Both the position numbers and the translations under genes were made by a program. A stretch of DNA of 51,690 nt from a virus (taxonomy: Duplodnaviria; Caudoviricetes): IMG/VR virus record IMGVR_UViG_3300032258_000002, positions 1 through 51,690 of that record. One strand, given 5' to 3'. Positions 1 through 9,583 of this stretch are shown piece by piece. Under the pieces are notes generated by a model that saw nothing but the letters and a program-made list of their open reading frames with translations, ran no database searches and was not told the DNA's origin. How positions within the stretch are numbered: the stretch's first letter is position 1; every line of letters begins with the position of its first letter.

Positions 1-1638
1 ACGCTCTCCGTCTGGATAGACATTAACTCTAGCACTTTCAATACCACCATTCGTCTTGATATCTTGAAGATATCTTTTAACATGTGTAGCAACATTCTGT
101 CGTACACGAAGTGTGTTCTCATCAAATACAATATTTCTTAGTACGTACTTGGTTTCTTTTTCAATATGATTGAACAAGCTTCTAATGTTCACTCTGTTAA
201 AACTATTCGGACGAGTAGTGAACGTTTTCTGCGTAACCAGAGCACCCTTCTCAAAATAATTCAGAGCCTTCTTATAGTAACGAAGCTTTTGGGATGCACT
301 TAAATTCATGAACATTCTGATTGTGTTTTTAACAACACCACGTTCAAGTCCAGCACCAACAGTCCAAGGACTTTTCAATGAAGCTTCTGCTTTCAGACCA
401 GCTGTATCACCTGCTACGTTAACCAATCTATTCTTATTAGTAAAGATATCATATTGAACTTTCACATTCATTGTGAAGTGACAGAATTGACTCTCTGGAA
501 TTGTAGCAATGTACTCATCGAATTTAGCAAATGCTACATCCGTTAAGTTAACGGGAATGATGAACTCATTCAACCCAATTACAAATCCATCTGGAGTAAT
601 TGCAGGGATCGGATTATTACCAGCACCCATTAACAGCTTAAGATACGAGATTAGAACAGTTGGGAACCCGATAAACGCCATGCAGTCTCTGCGTGTCTCA
701 GCTAGATTAATGGCAAGTGTGTTATCTCGTTCATTTCCTATAACAATATCAATATCAAAATACTCTGGGTCCTCAAACAAGCTGTAAGTATAAGCTAAAT
801 CATCTTCACTCGGAGGCATATTGTACCCGTTCTGGAAGTCAATTATTGTGCTGTCGTAAAATATATAGCCGCCAAACGAGCCAGAAAGAACAGGACCAAG
901 ATCGATTGTTTGAGTTATACCATTAGAAATAAGACCCATATCATCGGTGGTTGTTTTTGTTGTCAGATCACCCATATCAAGGATACCTGATTTAGCTATA
1001 AAGTCAATCAATTCCAAAATTTCAGTAGGTAACGAAGAAGTATCAACTTTACTATACAGATAAGCACTTTCAGCATTTAAGTCTTCTAACGAGTCGAATG
1101 GTTTATAGAATGTTTCTACCAGTAAACCATCTCTGAAAACGGCTACACCAAAGTACCCATCTTCAAAATATGTGAATGTATCCTTAGCATATCTATCATA
1201 TCCCAATAGCACATTATCATCATATTCTGGTTTAGCAATAATAGCTATACTTAGAAGATTTCCCCATGTGCCTGGAGTTCTAGCAATAAGACGTACTGTA
1301 CTCACTGGTAAAGATGGATATAGTTCTTCCCACTGTGAATAGCGATCTATAGTCAGTTCAGAGCCGTTGTTAGAATTTGCTCTACTTGTTCCGACAGATC
1401 GAGCAACCCAGACACCGCTGCAATACTGCAAATAATTGTACACTTGGTACCAATCATTGTAGTGATCACCAACTGCTCTACCGAAAATGAACTTAAAGTC
1501 ATTGATATTTGTAATGTACACAGGAACATTTACAGGGCCGCGCTCAAAATGGCCCACGAAGCAGGCTGTCTCATTTGTTACATTTGGAATGTAATGCTGA
1601 GTTGATGCTTCTTGTACTGTTACAGCAGGTGATTGCAT
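1..1638 (-). CDS. Tail sheath protein paralog (gp18-like), truncated at window edge
   Basis: Not in ORF track because it runs off the edge. Reads MQSPAVTVQEASTQHYIPNVTNETACFVGHFERGPVNVPVYITNINDFKFIFG...YNYLQY, later LIARTPGTWGN, GLERG and FNRVNIRSLF, paralleling the adjacent sheath; late promoter upstream. Confidence 0.85.
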   Translation of the reverse strand, partial: MQSPAVTVQEASTQHYIPNVTNETACFVGHFERGPVNVPVYITNINDFKFIFGRAVGDHYNDWYQVYNYLQYCSGVWVARSVGTSRANSNNGSELTIDRYSQWEELYPSLPVSTVRLIARTPGTWGNLLSIAIIAKPEYDDNVLLGYDRYAKDTFTYFEDGYFGVAVFRDGLLVETFYKPFDSLEDLNAESAYLYSKVDTSSLPTEILELIDFIAKSGILDMGDLTTKTTTDDMGLISNGITQTIDLGPVLSGSFGGYIFYDSTIIDFQNGYNMPPSEDDLAYTYSLFEDPEYFDIDIVIGNERDNTLAINLAETRRDCMAFIGFPTVLISYLKLLMGAGNNPIPAITPDGFVIGLNEFIIPVNLTDVAFAKFDEYIATIPESQFCHFTMNVKVQYDIFTNKNRLVNVAGDTAGLKAEASLKSPWTVGAGLERGVVKNTIRMFMNLSASQKLRYYKKALNYFEKGALVTQKTFTTRPNSFNRVNIRSLFNHIEKETKYVLRNIVFDENTLRVRQNVATHVKRYLQDIKTNGGIESARVNVYPDGER

Positions 1639-1657
1639 TAAATATCCTTTTATCCAT

Positions 1658-1665
1658 TATTTATA
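1658..1665 (-). promoter_or_regulatory. T4-type late promoter TATAAATA
   Basis: Exact TATAAATA about 20 nt upstream of the sheath paralog start. Confidence 0.75.
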
Positions 1666-1682
1666 CAGCTAAAGTTCTAACT

Positions 1683-1709
1683 AAAAAGCCGGAGCCCGAA
1701 GGCCCCGGC
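1683..1709 (-). terminator. Rho-independent terminator after gp18
   Basis: GCCGGGGCC-TTCG-GGCTCCGGC followed by TTTTT; cUUCGg tetraloop typical of T4-like phages. Confidence 0.9.
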
Positions 1710-1726
1710 CGATTAGACCTAAGGTT

Positions 1727-3973
1727 TTAGCCGCCGATTACTTCAGCGAAGCTATTAGTACCTGCATTAGTAAAGCGAAGTTGAATGAACTCTGCCACAT
1801 ACGTAGGTTTAATATAGATGTCTACAATCAACTGGTTACGTGAAATCACGTCAGCTGTATTATTAGACTCATCACAGATAACCAAGAAATCCTGGATACC
1901 GCGACCAGCTTGAACGCTACCAAGATATGGCTTAATCATGCTAACGATTCTGTTACGAGTAAAGTTATCATTGAATTCCATAATCTGGTACTTAGCCATT
2001 TTGCTAAGTGAACGCTCCATTGTGTTGAACAAACCACGAACGTTAACACGGTCGAAGCTTGAAGGTTTATCAAGTAGAGTTTTCTGACCCCACATAACAG
2101 TACCTTGACCTGGGAAGGCCACAATTGGATTGATTCCGTTCTTGTAAAGCAAGTCTCTCTGACCCTGTGTTGGGTTGAACGCAAGCTTAGTTACATTTTT
2201 AACCTGACCACGCTCAAGACCAGCTGAAGCGAACCATGAAGCACGATTAGTACTTGTCTGGGCACGTAGACCGGCGATATCACCAGCAATGTTAATCCAT
2301 CTGTACTTGTCGTTATAACGGTCATACTGGTATTTGTAGTTACCACAAGCTACAACAAACATGTTGTTGAAGTTGATGTTACCAGTTTGACGCCATGTGA
2401 TAAGATTAGCAGTAGCAGTAGCAGATTTCTGACCTACACAGTCACCGTAATCAGCACCAATGAAGCCGATACAATCAAGACGAGTTAGAGTCAATGCATT
2501 AGCACTTGCTCCACCGTCAAGCTCATTAGCAATTACGATATCAACATCAAGTTCTTCTTTATTGCTGAACAAATCATATGCATTAAGCAGATCATCAGCA
2601 GCAATAGCAGAGTCAGAACCCCATACTAGAGAAATTGTACTACCAGCAACTGCGTTAACAGAAGCACAGTAGTCAGCAACAGCAACAGCATTAGCAGTGT
2701 TGTCTTTACAGAAAACATAGTTCGACTGGTTGTTGATAACGTTCTCTACATAAGTAGATTTCTGATTGTGGTCTTTTGCAAGTGGGTCTGAATCAACAGT
2801 CCATGTTTCAACAATTAGACCTGTTGAGTTATCACGAATGATAATGCCGAATTCTGTTCCTGTTGGAGCATATTCAAACAAGTCGTCAAGTGCAATACCA
2901 GCAAACGCTTCAGAAGCAGTAGCAGCATTGAATGCGGCAGGAGTCGCAATAGCGATTTCCAAATCAGCACTCCACGCGCCTGGGTTACGAGCAATGAATT
3001 TCAACTTAGCATTTGCACCAGCAAATGGGATTGACAATTCTTTTGTCTCATAGTCAGAAGCATTTTCAATAGCGAATAGTTGTGGGAAGTACTCATTAGC
3101 AGTAGCATCGACGCCACCTACTGAAGTTGCTTCAGCAACACCATTCATAGCTCTTGATACATTGAAGACAGCCGATGTCATTAGAATTGTAGCATCAACA
3201 GCACGGTCAAGAGTTAGATCGTTTCCGTTAATTGCAGTAACTACGTACTGGATATCAATATTAACACCACCACCGATAGTAGTTTCAAATGCTACAATAT
3301 CACCAATGGTGAAAGCAGTACCATCAGTAACACCAACAATGCTGCCTGTAGTTACGTCAACGTAAGGAACAGCAGGTGTATAGATATACATAGCCGCACC
3401 AAGAACGATGTCAGCACCAGTTGCAGCTTCGACGAATGTTACATCATAAGAACCAGTATTATCAACAACAGTATCTACTGTGTAGATATTAGCAAAGTCA
3501 ATTGTACCAGCACCATCATCAAATACAACCTGATCACCATTTACAGGAGCTGTTGTAGCTACGTTTGTAACAACAACTGGAGCACCAGTAGCAACTGTTG
3601 CATCATAACCAGCAGTATAAAGTAGTGAAGAAATAGTACCAGTATCAGTACCGAACTCAACAGCACCAAGACCAGTTACTGGATTTGCATTTACCTCAGT
3701 AGCAGTACCGTTAATATTAGCAGCACGAGAAACTAGAAGTTTGTTACCGTATTGTAGAAAGTTGTAAGCTTGATAGAAATCGTTATAATTTGTGTTTGTT
3801 GGTTTACCGTAGAAAGATAGAAGGTCAGCAACGCTTGTAATAAGCTTATATGTACCAACCGGACCCTTTACGAAATCACCACCGAAAACACCAATACTGT
3901 TTGATACAGTAGGAGCGATTGTACTTGCGTCGATTTCTGTTACAAATACACCCGCTGAAAGCATTTCAGCCAT
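1727..3973 (-). CDS. gp18: Tail sheath protein
   Basis: MLSAGVFVTEID N-terminus, WFASAGLERG, GQGTVMWGQKTL, FDRVNVRGLF, IKPTYVAEFI; start MAEM has an AGGAG RBS. Confidence 0.95.
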   Translation of the reverse strand: MAEMLSAGVFVTEIDASTIAPTVSNSIGVFGGDFVKGPVGTYKLITSVADLLSFYGKPTNTNYNDFYQAYNFLQYGNKLLVSRAANINGTATEVNANPVTGLGAVEFGTDTGTISSLLYTAGYDATVATGAPVVVTNVATTAPVNGDQVVFDDGAGTIDFANIYTVDTVVDNTGSYDVTFVEAATGADIVLGAAMYIYTPAVPYVDVTTGSIVGVTDGTAFTIGDIVAFETTIGGGVNIDIQYVVTAINGNDLTLDRAVDATILMTSAVFNVSRAMNGVAEATSVGGVDATANEYFPQLFAIENASDYETKELSIPFAGANAKLKFIARNPGAWSADLEIAIATPAAFNAATASEAFAGIALDDLFEYAPTGTEFGIIIRDNSTGLIVETWTVDSDPLAKDHNQKSTYVENVINNQSNYVFCKDNTANAVAVADYCASVNAVAGSTISLVWGSDSAIAADDLLNAYDLFSNKEELDVDIVIANELDGGASANALTLTRLDCIGFIGADYGDCVGQKSATATANLITWRQTGNINFNNMFVVACGNYKYQYDRYNDKYRWINIAGDIAGLRAQTSTNRASWFASAGLERGQVKNVTKLAFNPTQGQRDLLYKNGINPIVAFPGQGTVMWGQKTLLDKPSSFDRVNVRGLFNTMERSLSKMAKYQIMEFNDNFTRNRIVSMIKPYLGSVQAGRGIQDFLVICDESNNTADVISRNQLIVDIYIKPTYVAEFIQLRFTNAGTNSFAEVIGG

Positions 3974-4154
3974 AGTTTTATTCTCCTTGAATATTAGCAT
4001 TAGTTTCTGTATAGTTGAAAGAACTTTGTTCTAACAAGCCAGAAAAACCAGCAATTTATTCAGACATTCAAAAATCTGAAATCTGGCAGGACGAACCTTT
4101 CCAGCAATGCTGGGAGCATAGCTAAATTATGTCAACCGTAGTTGAACTTAAAAC
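3974..4154 (-). other. Structured ~180-nt 5' leader of gp18
   Basis: Several inverted repeats between the late promoter (4155-4162) and the gp18 RBS. Confidence 0.55.
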
Positions 4155-4162
4155 TATTTATA
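4155..4162 (-). promoter_or_regulatory. T4-type late promoter TATAAATA
   Basis: Exact motif upstream of the gp18 leader. Confidence 0.75.
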
Positions 4163-4178
4163 TTCTATAGGAAAATTA

Positions 4179-4412
4179 TTAAAGTTCGTAAAGAGCAGAA
4201 GATAAATCATCAGCAGCTTTGACAATTTTCTTCACCAGTTTAGGGTCTAAATCATCAGCCCAAGTCGCATGGCGATTAGAGAATGCTTGAGCAAGATTAA
4301 CTCGCCCATCTACACCGAACCAAATATCGTGCATCTCTTTTCCATTCTTAGGAGACCAACCAGCCTCATCGAGTGTTTCATTTTCTTCTTTGATAAAGTC
4401 TGTGAATTTCAT
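4179..4412 (-). CDS. Putative internal head protein (capsid-targeting N-terminus)
   Basis: Start re-called at MKFTDFIKEENETLDEA. Confidence 0.65.
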   Translation of the reverse strand: MKFTDFIKEENETLDEAGWSPKNGKEMHDIWFGVDGRVNLAQAFSNRHATWADDLDPKLVKKIVKAADDLSSALYEL

Positions 4413-4413
4413 T

Positions 4414-4902
4414 TTATATTCTTCCTCTTCGTGCATCTCTAATAATTTGAGCATTGCTTCCATCATCATCATGAGGAGCACTTATAACCTTAACATCTTG
4501 TGGCTTAACGCAGGCCTGTACAAATTTCAATACATCTGCTGATGATAAACCCACTTCAGTTGTAGAAACAGCAGTTACTGCCTCACGTCCGGTATAACCA
4601 GACAAATATGAGGCGCGTTGAATAGAAGTATGCATTTCAATTAATTTACCCCAGTCAGCCTCTTCTGCACCACCATACACCATGTTACCATATCGCTCAA
4701 TCTTCACACCAAGCAATTTCTTGGCAATTTTCTCTGCCTCTGGTGAATGACCAGAAATTAGCTGATAACCTTTTGGCAGAGGATAAGTAATTAATGGATA
4801 TTCAGTACCCTCAATTTCAGTTTTGCCCTTTTTCGGTTTACCAAGTGTGAGTTTTGGAATTGGTTTTAGCTTACCTTCTGTTAAAAAATCAATGAATTTC
4901 AT
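4414..4902 (-). CDS. Putative internal head protein
   Basis: N-terminus MKFIDFLTEGK. Confidence 0.65.
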   Translation of the reverse strand: MKFIDFLTEGKLKPIPKLTLGKPKKGKTEIEGTEYPLITYPLPKGYQLISGHSPEAEKIAKKLLGVKIERYGNMVYGGAEEADWGKLIEMHTSIQRASYLSGYTGREAVTAVSTTEVGLSSADVLKFVQACVKPQDVKVISAPHDDDGSNAQIIRDARRGRI

Positions 4903-5264
4903 TTATATGTTCCTGCTAAAATTTCTTTTGTTGCACTGCCAGGCAGCTGTTTCTTATCTTTGGTGAAATATACAACACCTTTTGTTTTCTTCATAACTAT
5001 ATTAACGGATGCACCCAATTCTTTGAAACCTTTATCTGAGGACATACGAATTTCAAATAATTTACCACGTCTATCCCAGTCGCCCCAATATAGTGTGCCG
5101 TTTTTCTCTGCACCAAGAACCATTTTTTCATATTCATCATCAGTCAGCTTTTCAATATCTCTTGCGTTGACGTAAATCTCTGCTTCATATACATATTTAG
5201 AAAGATTTTTTAGTGTAACTGGAACAATTTCCTTAGCTTCCTGTAGAAAGTCTGTGAATTTCAT
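4899..5264 (-). CDS. Putative internal head protein
   Basis: Start re-called at MKFTDFLQEAK. Confidence 0.65.
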   Translation of the reverse strand: MKFTDFLQEAKEIVPVTLKNLSKYVYEAEIYVNARDIEKLTDDEYEKMVLGAEKNGTLYWGDWDRRGKLFEIRMSSDKGFKELGASVNIVMKKTKGVVYFTKDKKQLPGSATKEILAGTYK

Positions 5265-5265
5265 T

Positions 5266-5526
5266 TTATTTACCATAGTGCTTAAGAGCATCAAGAGCAT
5301 CACCAATAAAGTCTTTATTATTCATGAATGTATCGAGTGTCTTAGCATCCTTGCTGAATCGTTTATCAGTTAGCTTCATAATATTAGCTAGTTCTGATCG
5401 CATAGCGCTAATAATTGCATCTTCTTTATTAGCATCAAATGTTATGCCTTTTTTAGCTAGATTAAAACCGACCTCATCATGGTATGTTTTAAGCTTGCTT
5501 TCTGTTAAAAAGTCGGTGAATTTCAT
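5266..5526 (-). CDS. Putative internal head protein
   Basis: N-terminus MKFTDFLTESK, GAGG RBS. Confidence 0.65.
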   Translation of the reverse strand: MKFTDFLTESKLKTYHDEVGFNLAKKGITFDANKEDAIISAMRSELANIMKLTDKRFSKDAKTLDTFMNNKDFIGDALDALKHYGK

Positions 5527-5533
5527 AATAACC

Positions 5534-6019
5534 TCAGTCTAGTCTAATATCTACTAAATTTTTATGTTTTGCTTTTAATTTTTTATAGGAGCCTCTGGTT
5601 CCGTACATCATCAAGCCAGCCCATCCCTCTGTTTTTGTAACCTTAGCTTTACCTTTACCAGTAACCTTAACGTAGGCAACATTTCCATTACCTTCACCAG
5701 AGCTGCTGTACACACTGTACTCATCTTCATCGGCGTACTCGTCTTCCCAAGTATCATACCCAGAGATAAACAAATCTTCTTCTGGGAGATAACCAAGGTA
5801 AGATTCTTGTCCGTTGTTACCATTTAACTCAAGTTCTTCCATGGCTACATTAATAATAGTATCCATATAGATGGAATCAAAAAACTCAATACCATTGTAC
5901 GTTAAATTTGCGTGCCAATTCTTATCAATCATCTTTTCAGCATTTTTTACTGTCATGCCTAAAGTTTCTTTAATCTCGAATTTGGCCTTACCTTCTGTTA
6001 AATAATCTGTGAATTTCAT
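5534..6019 (-). CDS. Putative internal head protein
   Basis: Start re-called at MKFTDYLTEGK, GGAG RBS, late promoter at 6039-6046. Confidence 0.65.
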   Translation of the reverse strand: MKFTDYLTEGKAKFEIKETLGMTVKNAEKMIDKNWHANLTYNGIEFFDSIYMDTIINVAMEELELNGNNGQESYLGYLPEEDLFISGYDTWEDEYADEDEYSVYSSSGEGNGNVAYVKVTGKGKAKVTKTEGWAGLMMYGTRGSYKKLKAKHKNLVDIRLD

Positions 6020-6038
6020 ACGGTTCTCCATTTGGATA

Positions 6039-6046
6039 TATTTATA
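6039..6046 (-). promoter_or_regulatory. T4-type late promoter TATAAATA
   Basis: Exact motif between the portal stop and the first CTS gene. Confidence 0.75.
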
Positions 6047-7552
6047 TTACCAAGATTTCTCATCTTCGTCAACACCGTAGAATTTCTTGAAGAGAGGATT
6101 CTTCTCCTCATCCTGAATCTTGGTGAACTCTTCTGTGATTTCTTCATCAGTCATTCTGAACACATCTTTCAGAATCTTATCAACACTGAACAACTTGCCC
6201 TCATATTCCTGAGCTGTAGCATAAATATCCAACTTGCTCATGAAGTTATCCAGCTTCATCTTTTCAATGAACTTGTTCTCATTTACGAAGCTGATTGTAA
6301 TAGAATCTTCTTTATCGTTCCATTCGGACTCAGTCATAATTTTAGTAGCGATAACCTCTCTTTTCAGAAGCTCTGTGAATAGAGAACTGTAAACCAGGCG
6401 CAGGCGGCTAATGAACATGAAGAATTTCATATCTTCTTTAGTAGTTCTTGAATCATCGTATGTGAAGTCTTTATCAGCATCTGGATTGATATCAATACGG
6501 CTTGAAGGAATCTTCATTGAACGGTACAGCTTACGAGCGAAGTAAAGGATATCATCCAATTCACCCAAGTTCCCAGTTTCATCTAGAACATCAACTGTGG
6601 TTCCTTTACCACCAGAACGGTTAGCGAACCAGTAGTCCTCAACCATTGATGTGATATGCTGTTGATTAGAAACCTCACCAGTTTCGTTATTGTAGAATTT
6701 CTTATACTTGAATTTGCCTTGGTAGTCGCGCATTACCTCTGCACCACGCTTAGAAGGCAGGTCACCAATATCTACGTTGAATACACGTCTTGAGATTGAA
6801 CGACTGAATCGCATAGGAATAAGCAAATCTTCAAGAGTCTTAAGAATATTTGCTGGTTTAATAGCATATTCCAAATAAGATAGGTTCAAGCCAGAATCAT
6901 AAATTCCGAAGTCCGCTCTGGAGATTTCTTCAATGCTATATTTTTCATTATTTTGTTGAGAAGTATAGAAAGATTTATCTTCCTTCATGTATCTGAAAAC
7001 TTTCTCTGTACCATCAAAGTACAACAAGCATGGCTCAATAATCTTGATTGATTTGATACCCTCTTTTGTGTTGCCTTTATCATACGGAGTATGAAGAATA
7101 AGCTGTCCATCAATATATCCGTTTTTAACAACATTGAACAGATTGCGTTTAACATTAATGAGTTTCATAATCTTGTTAAATTTCTCTGTGATTGCTGTAA
7201 CGAGTTTTTCGTTTTCCTCATCAATCTCAATCATAACTGGCATTGAATTATCATAGCTGAAGATAATCTCATTCACAATCTCATCGATAGCATCAGTTAC
7301 ATCTGGTGTCATAGCCAGTTGTCTGTACTTCATGATTTTAGCTTTCTGTTTAAAGATTAAATCACTCGCCTCTGCCCTATCGAAGAAGCCAGAACCAAGA
7401 ACATCTTCATCGAAGAATGCTCCTGTGTTAGGATAAACATCACCATTGGTAAGGTCCTGAACTATATTTTCCGGTTCAACCGCAGAACTGTCTTTCTTTC
7501 CGGAAATATCTGGTTGAGACAGAAAGTTTTTAACCATTTCATTTATTTTCAT
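6047..7552 (-). CDS. gp20: Portal vertex protein
   Basis: YRQLAMTPDVTDAIDEIVNE, RRVFNVDIGDLP, MVEDYWFANRSGGKGTTVDVL, typical T4 gp20 motifs. Confidence 0.95.
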   Translation of the reverse strand: MKINEMVKNFLSQPDISGKKDSSAVEPENIVQDLTNGDVYPNTGAFFDEDVLGSGFFDRAEASDLIFKQKAKIMKYRQLAMTPDVTDAIDEIVNEIIFSYDNSMPVMIEIDEENEKLVTAITEKFNKIMKLINVKRNLFNVVKNGYIDGQLILHTPYDKGNTKEGIKSIKIIEPCLLYFDGTEKVFRYMKEDKSFYTSQQNNEKYSIEEISRADFGIYDSGLNLSYLEYAIKPANILKTLEDLLIPMRFSRSISRRVFNVDIGDLPSKRGAEVMRDYQGKFKYKKFYNNETGEVSNQQHITSMVEDYWFANRSGGKGTTVDVLDETGNLGELDDILYFARKLYRSMKIPSSRIDINPDADKDFTYDDSRTTKEDMKFFMFISRLRLVYSSLFTELLKREVIATKIMTESEWNDKEDSITISFVNENKFIEKMKLDNFMSKLDIYATAQEYEGKLFSVDKILKDVFRMTDEEITEEFTKIQDEEKNPLFKKFYGVDEDEKSW

Positions 7553-7586
7553 ATGTGTACCTTTTTGTAGTTTTGAACTATATTCT

Positions 7587-7598
7587 TATTTATAAATA
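7587..7598. promoter_or_regulatory. Bidirectional late promoter (palindrome TATTTATAAATA)
   Basis: Two overlapping TATAAATA boxes facing the portal (-) and gp14 (+). Confidence 0.8.
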
Positions 7599-7617
7599 AA
7601 CTCATGAGGTTAAGTCA

Positions 7618-8331
7618 ATGAATTTTAACATATCAGAAAATCCTGAGTACACTCTGAATACTTCATTGATTGATGAAGTTATTAATCTGTACGGTGTACT
7701 TACCAAGTTCATGGTTGTTGAAAAGATTAATCGAGATGATCTCGTTTTCGGTGATTATTCACACCTCAAATCGGATTCAAACAAGATTTATGATATTTAT
7801 ATGCTCCCAGAAATCAGTGAGGACTGGGATTCTACTGGTGAATCATTCACCGGATTTGGTTTAATGAACTTCGAGAATATCCAGCTATTTGTTTCAGTTG
7901 CAAATATAGTTGATGCTGTTCCTGATGTAGCAAATGGACTTGCTGGTCTTACGGGTAATCTTATCGTGCTTCCTAATAACAAGATAATGGAAATCACTGA
8001 CTCGATATGGGAAGTTCCTGGTATTAACAACCTGTTCACATACAAGGATACCAAATCTGTTATCAAGTTAACTTGTAAGCCTTACGACAACAAGCTTATT
8101 CAAGAGCTCGATCAACTCGATTTACAAGTCGAAACATCTATTCCGACAGTACCTTACGAGACATTGGATGTTTACTTCCAAGAGCTCATCGATCAGAATA
8201 CAGTGCAAGATACTGCTACTGAAGTTACTCCGAGTGTTCCTGCTGTAACTAAGACTGGTGGTATTGATACACCTGTTACTAAGCCTATTGTAGATAAAAC
8301 TGAGAATTCACCATTCGGTGAGTTTGATTAA
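7618..8331 (+). CDS. gp14: Neck / head-closure protein
   Basis: LIDEVINLYG...DLVFGD, FTGFGL, C-terminal NSPFGEF typical of gp14. Confidence 0.85.
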   Translation: MNFNISENPEYTLNTSLIDEVINLYGVLTKFMVVEKINRDDLVFGDYSHLKSDSNKIYDIYMLPEISEDWDSTGESFTGFGLMNFENIQLFVSVANIVDAVPDVANGLAGLTGNLIVLPNNKIMEITDSIWEVPGINNLFTYKDTKSVIKLTCKPYDNKLIQELDQLDLQVETSIPTVPYETLDVYFQELIDQNTVQDTATEVTPSVPAVTKTGGIDTPVTKPIVDKTENSPFGEFD

Positions 8332-8795
8332 CCTAGTTCCTTCTCTGTAAGGACTATAAATCTCATTTTATTCTGTTTAGAGAATTCTTCTGCAGCAGCC
8401 CATTTAGCACGATTGATAGCATAGAGCTGCATTGCTTTTTGGTAGTTCAGCATAGCCTTTTGAGTCTGCTTCTTGGGAGCCTTTGGCTGTACAGTTTCCT
8501 TGTGTGACTTTACCTCAACTAGGAACTTATCTCCTGTGCTGAACTCAAGATAAAAATCAATAAAGTACCTGTGTTTCTTACCATCTGTGGGCTTAATGTA
8601 CATAATAGGAAACGGCTCCAATGACCATTTCACCACGTGTTTGTTATAATCCGCATATCTCATAGCTTTTAACTCAAGCCCTGACTTGTACTGAACCTTT
8701 CCATCCATGAAAGATTTCATTGTCTCATCAACTGGAGATTGGAATTTCTCTGGGTTAAGCATTTGGTACCAACCCTGTTTCACATTTTTGTACAT
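8328..8795 (-). CDS. gp4: Head completion nuclease (TnsA-like)
   Basis: YKSGLE, KWSLE, DGKKHRYFIDF, VEVK, INRAKWAAA, FIVLTEKEL. Confidence 0.92.
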   Translation of the reverse strand: MYKNVKQGWYQMLNPEKFQSPVDETMKSFMDGKVQYKSGLELKAMRYADYNKHVVKWSLEPFPIMYIKPTDGKKHRYFIDFYLEFSTGDKFLVEVKSHKETVQPKAPKKQTQKAMLNYQKAMQLYAINRAKWAAAEEFSKQNKMRFIVLTEKELG

Positions 8796-8822
8796 ATATC
8801 TATTTATTCAGCCCAATGCCAG

Positions 8823-8830
8823 TATAAATA
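8823..8830 (+). promoter_or_regulatory. T4-type late promoter TATAAATA
   Basis: Exact motif upstream of gp13; divergent AATAAATA variant at 8801-8808 for gp4. Confidence 0.75.
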
Positions 8831-8854
8831 AGATAAAACACATAGGAATAACCA

Positions 8855-9583
8855 ATGGCTAGAATTACATCAAAAACACTGTTGATTAAACATATCAAAG
8901 AACAACTTGGTGCTCCGACAATTAACATTGAAGTTACAACAAATCAGATGAGTTCAATCATTGATAGTGCTGTTCAGAAATTTACTGAATATGCATATGG
9001 AACACTTGAGGGAACTGTAATTCTTGAGCTCAATGGTAAAGGTGAGTACGTTCTTCCTGATACAATCACAAATGTTATTAAACTAGCTAAAGGTTCAACA
9101 TCTAATCTGACTAACTTCAGTGCTAACTTTGGTTCTGGTTATGTTCCCGATCTTTGGTCAGAGCAGTTTTTCACAGGCTCACTGACTGGTGGCATTATTC
9201 CTGGCATTATTGCTATTTCAACAACAAAGGCGGTTCTTGAGAAGTACTTCGGTGATGATATTGTGTACAACTTCAATCACTTGAGCAAGAAGCTTCAGGT
9301 TCTAGATTCTTATGCAGGGCCTGTAGTTCTTCACTACGAGTACGAGTACTTAGCAGATGAGAATAACGATCTGGTGTATAATCACGAGTGGATTAAAGAA
9401 TATTGTATTGCTAAGACTAAGTTCTTGTGGGGAACTGTAACTGGTAAGTACAACCAAACTCTAGTTGGTGGAGCTCAGATTAATTACTCTGATATGAAAC
9501 AGGAAGCTCAAGAGGAAATTAATAGACTTCAAGAAGAGCTATTGACCAAGTGGAGCGATCCTGCACCAATTGATATCGGTTAA
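8855..9583 (+). CDS. gp13: Neck protein
   Basis: LGAPTINIEVT, VYNHEWIKEYCIA, KFLWG...KY...LVGG. Confidence 0.92.
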   Translation: MARITSKTLLIKHIKEQLGAPTINIEVTTNQMSSIIDSAVQKFTEYAYGTLEGTVILELNGKGEYVLPDTITNVIKLAKGSTSNLTNFSANFGSGYVPDLWSEQFFTGSLTGGIIPGIIAISTTKAVLEKYFGDDIVYNFNHLSKKLQVLDSYAGPVVLHYEYEYLADENNDLVYNHEWIKEYCIAKTKFLWGTVTGKYNQTLVGGAQINYSDMKQEAQEEINRLQEELLTKWSDPAPIDIG

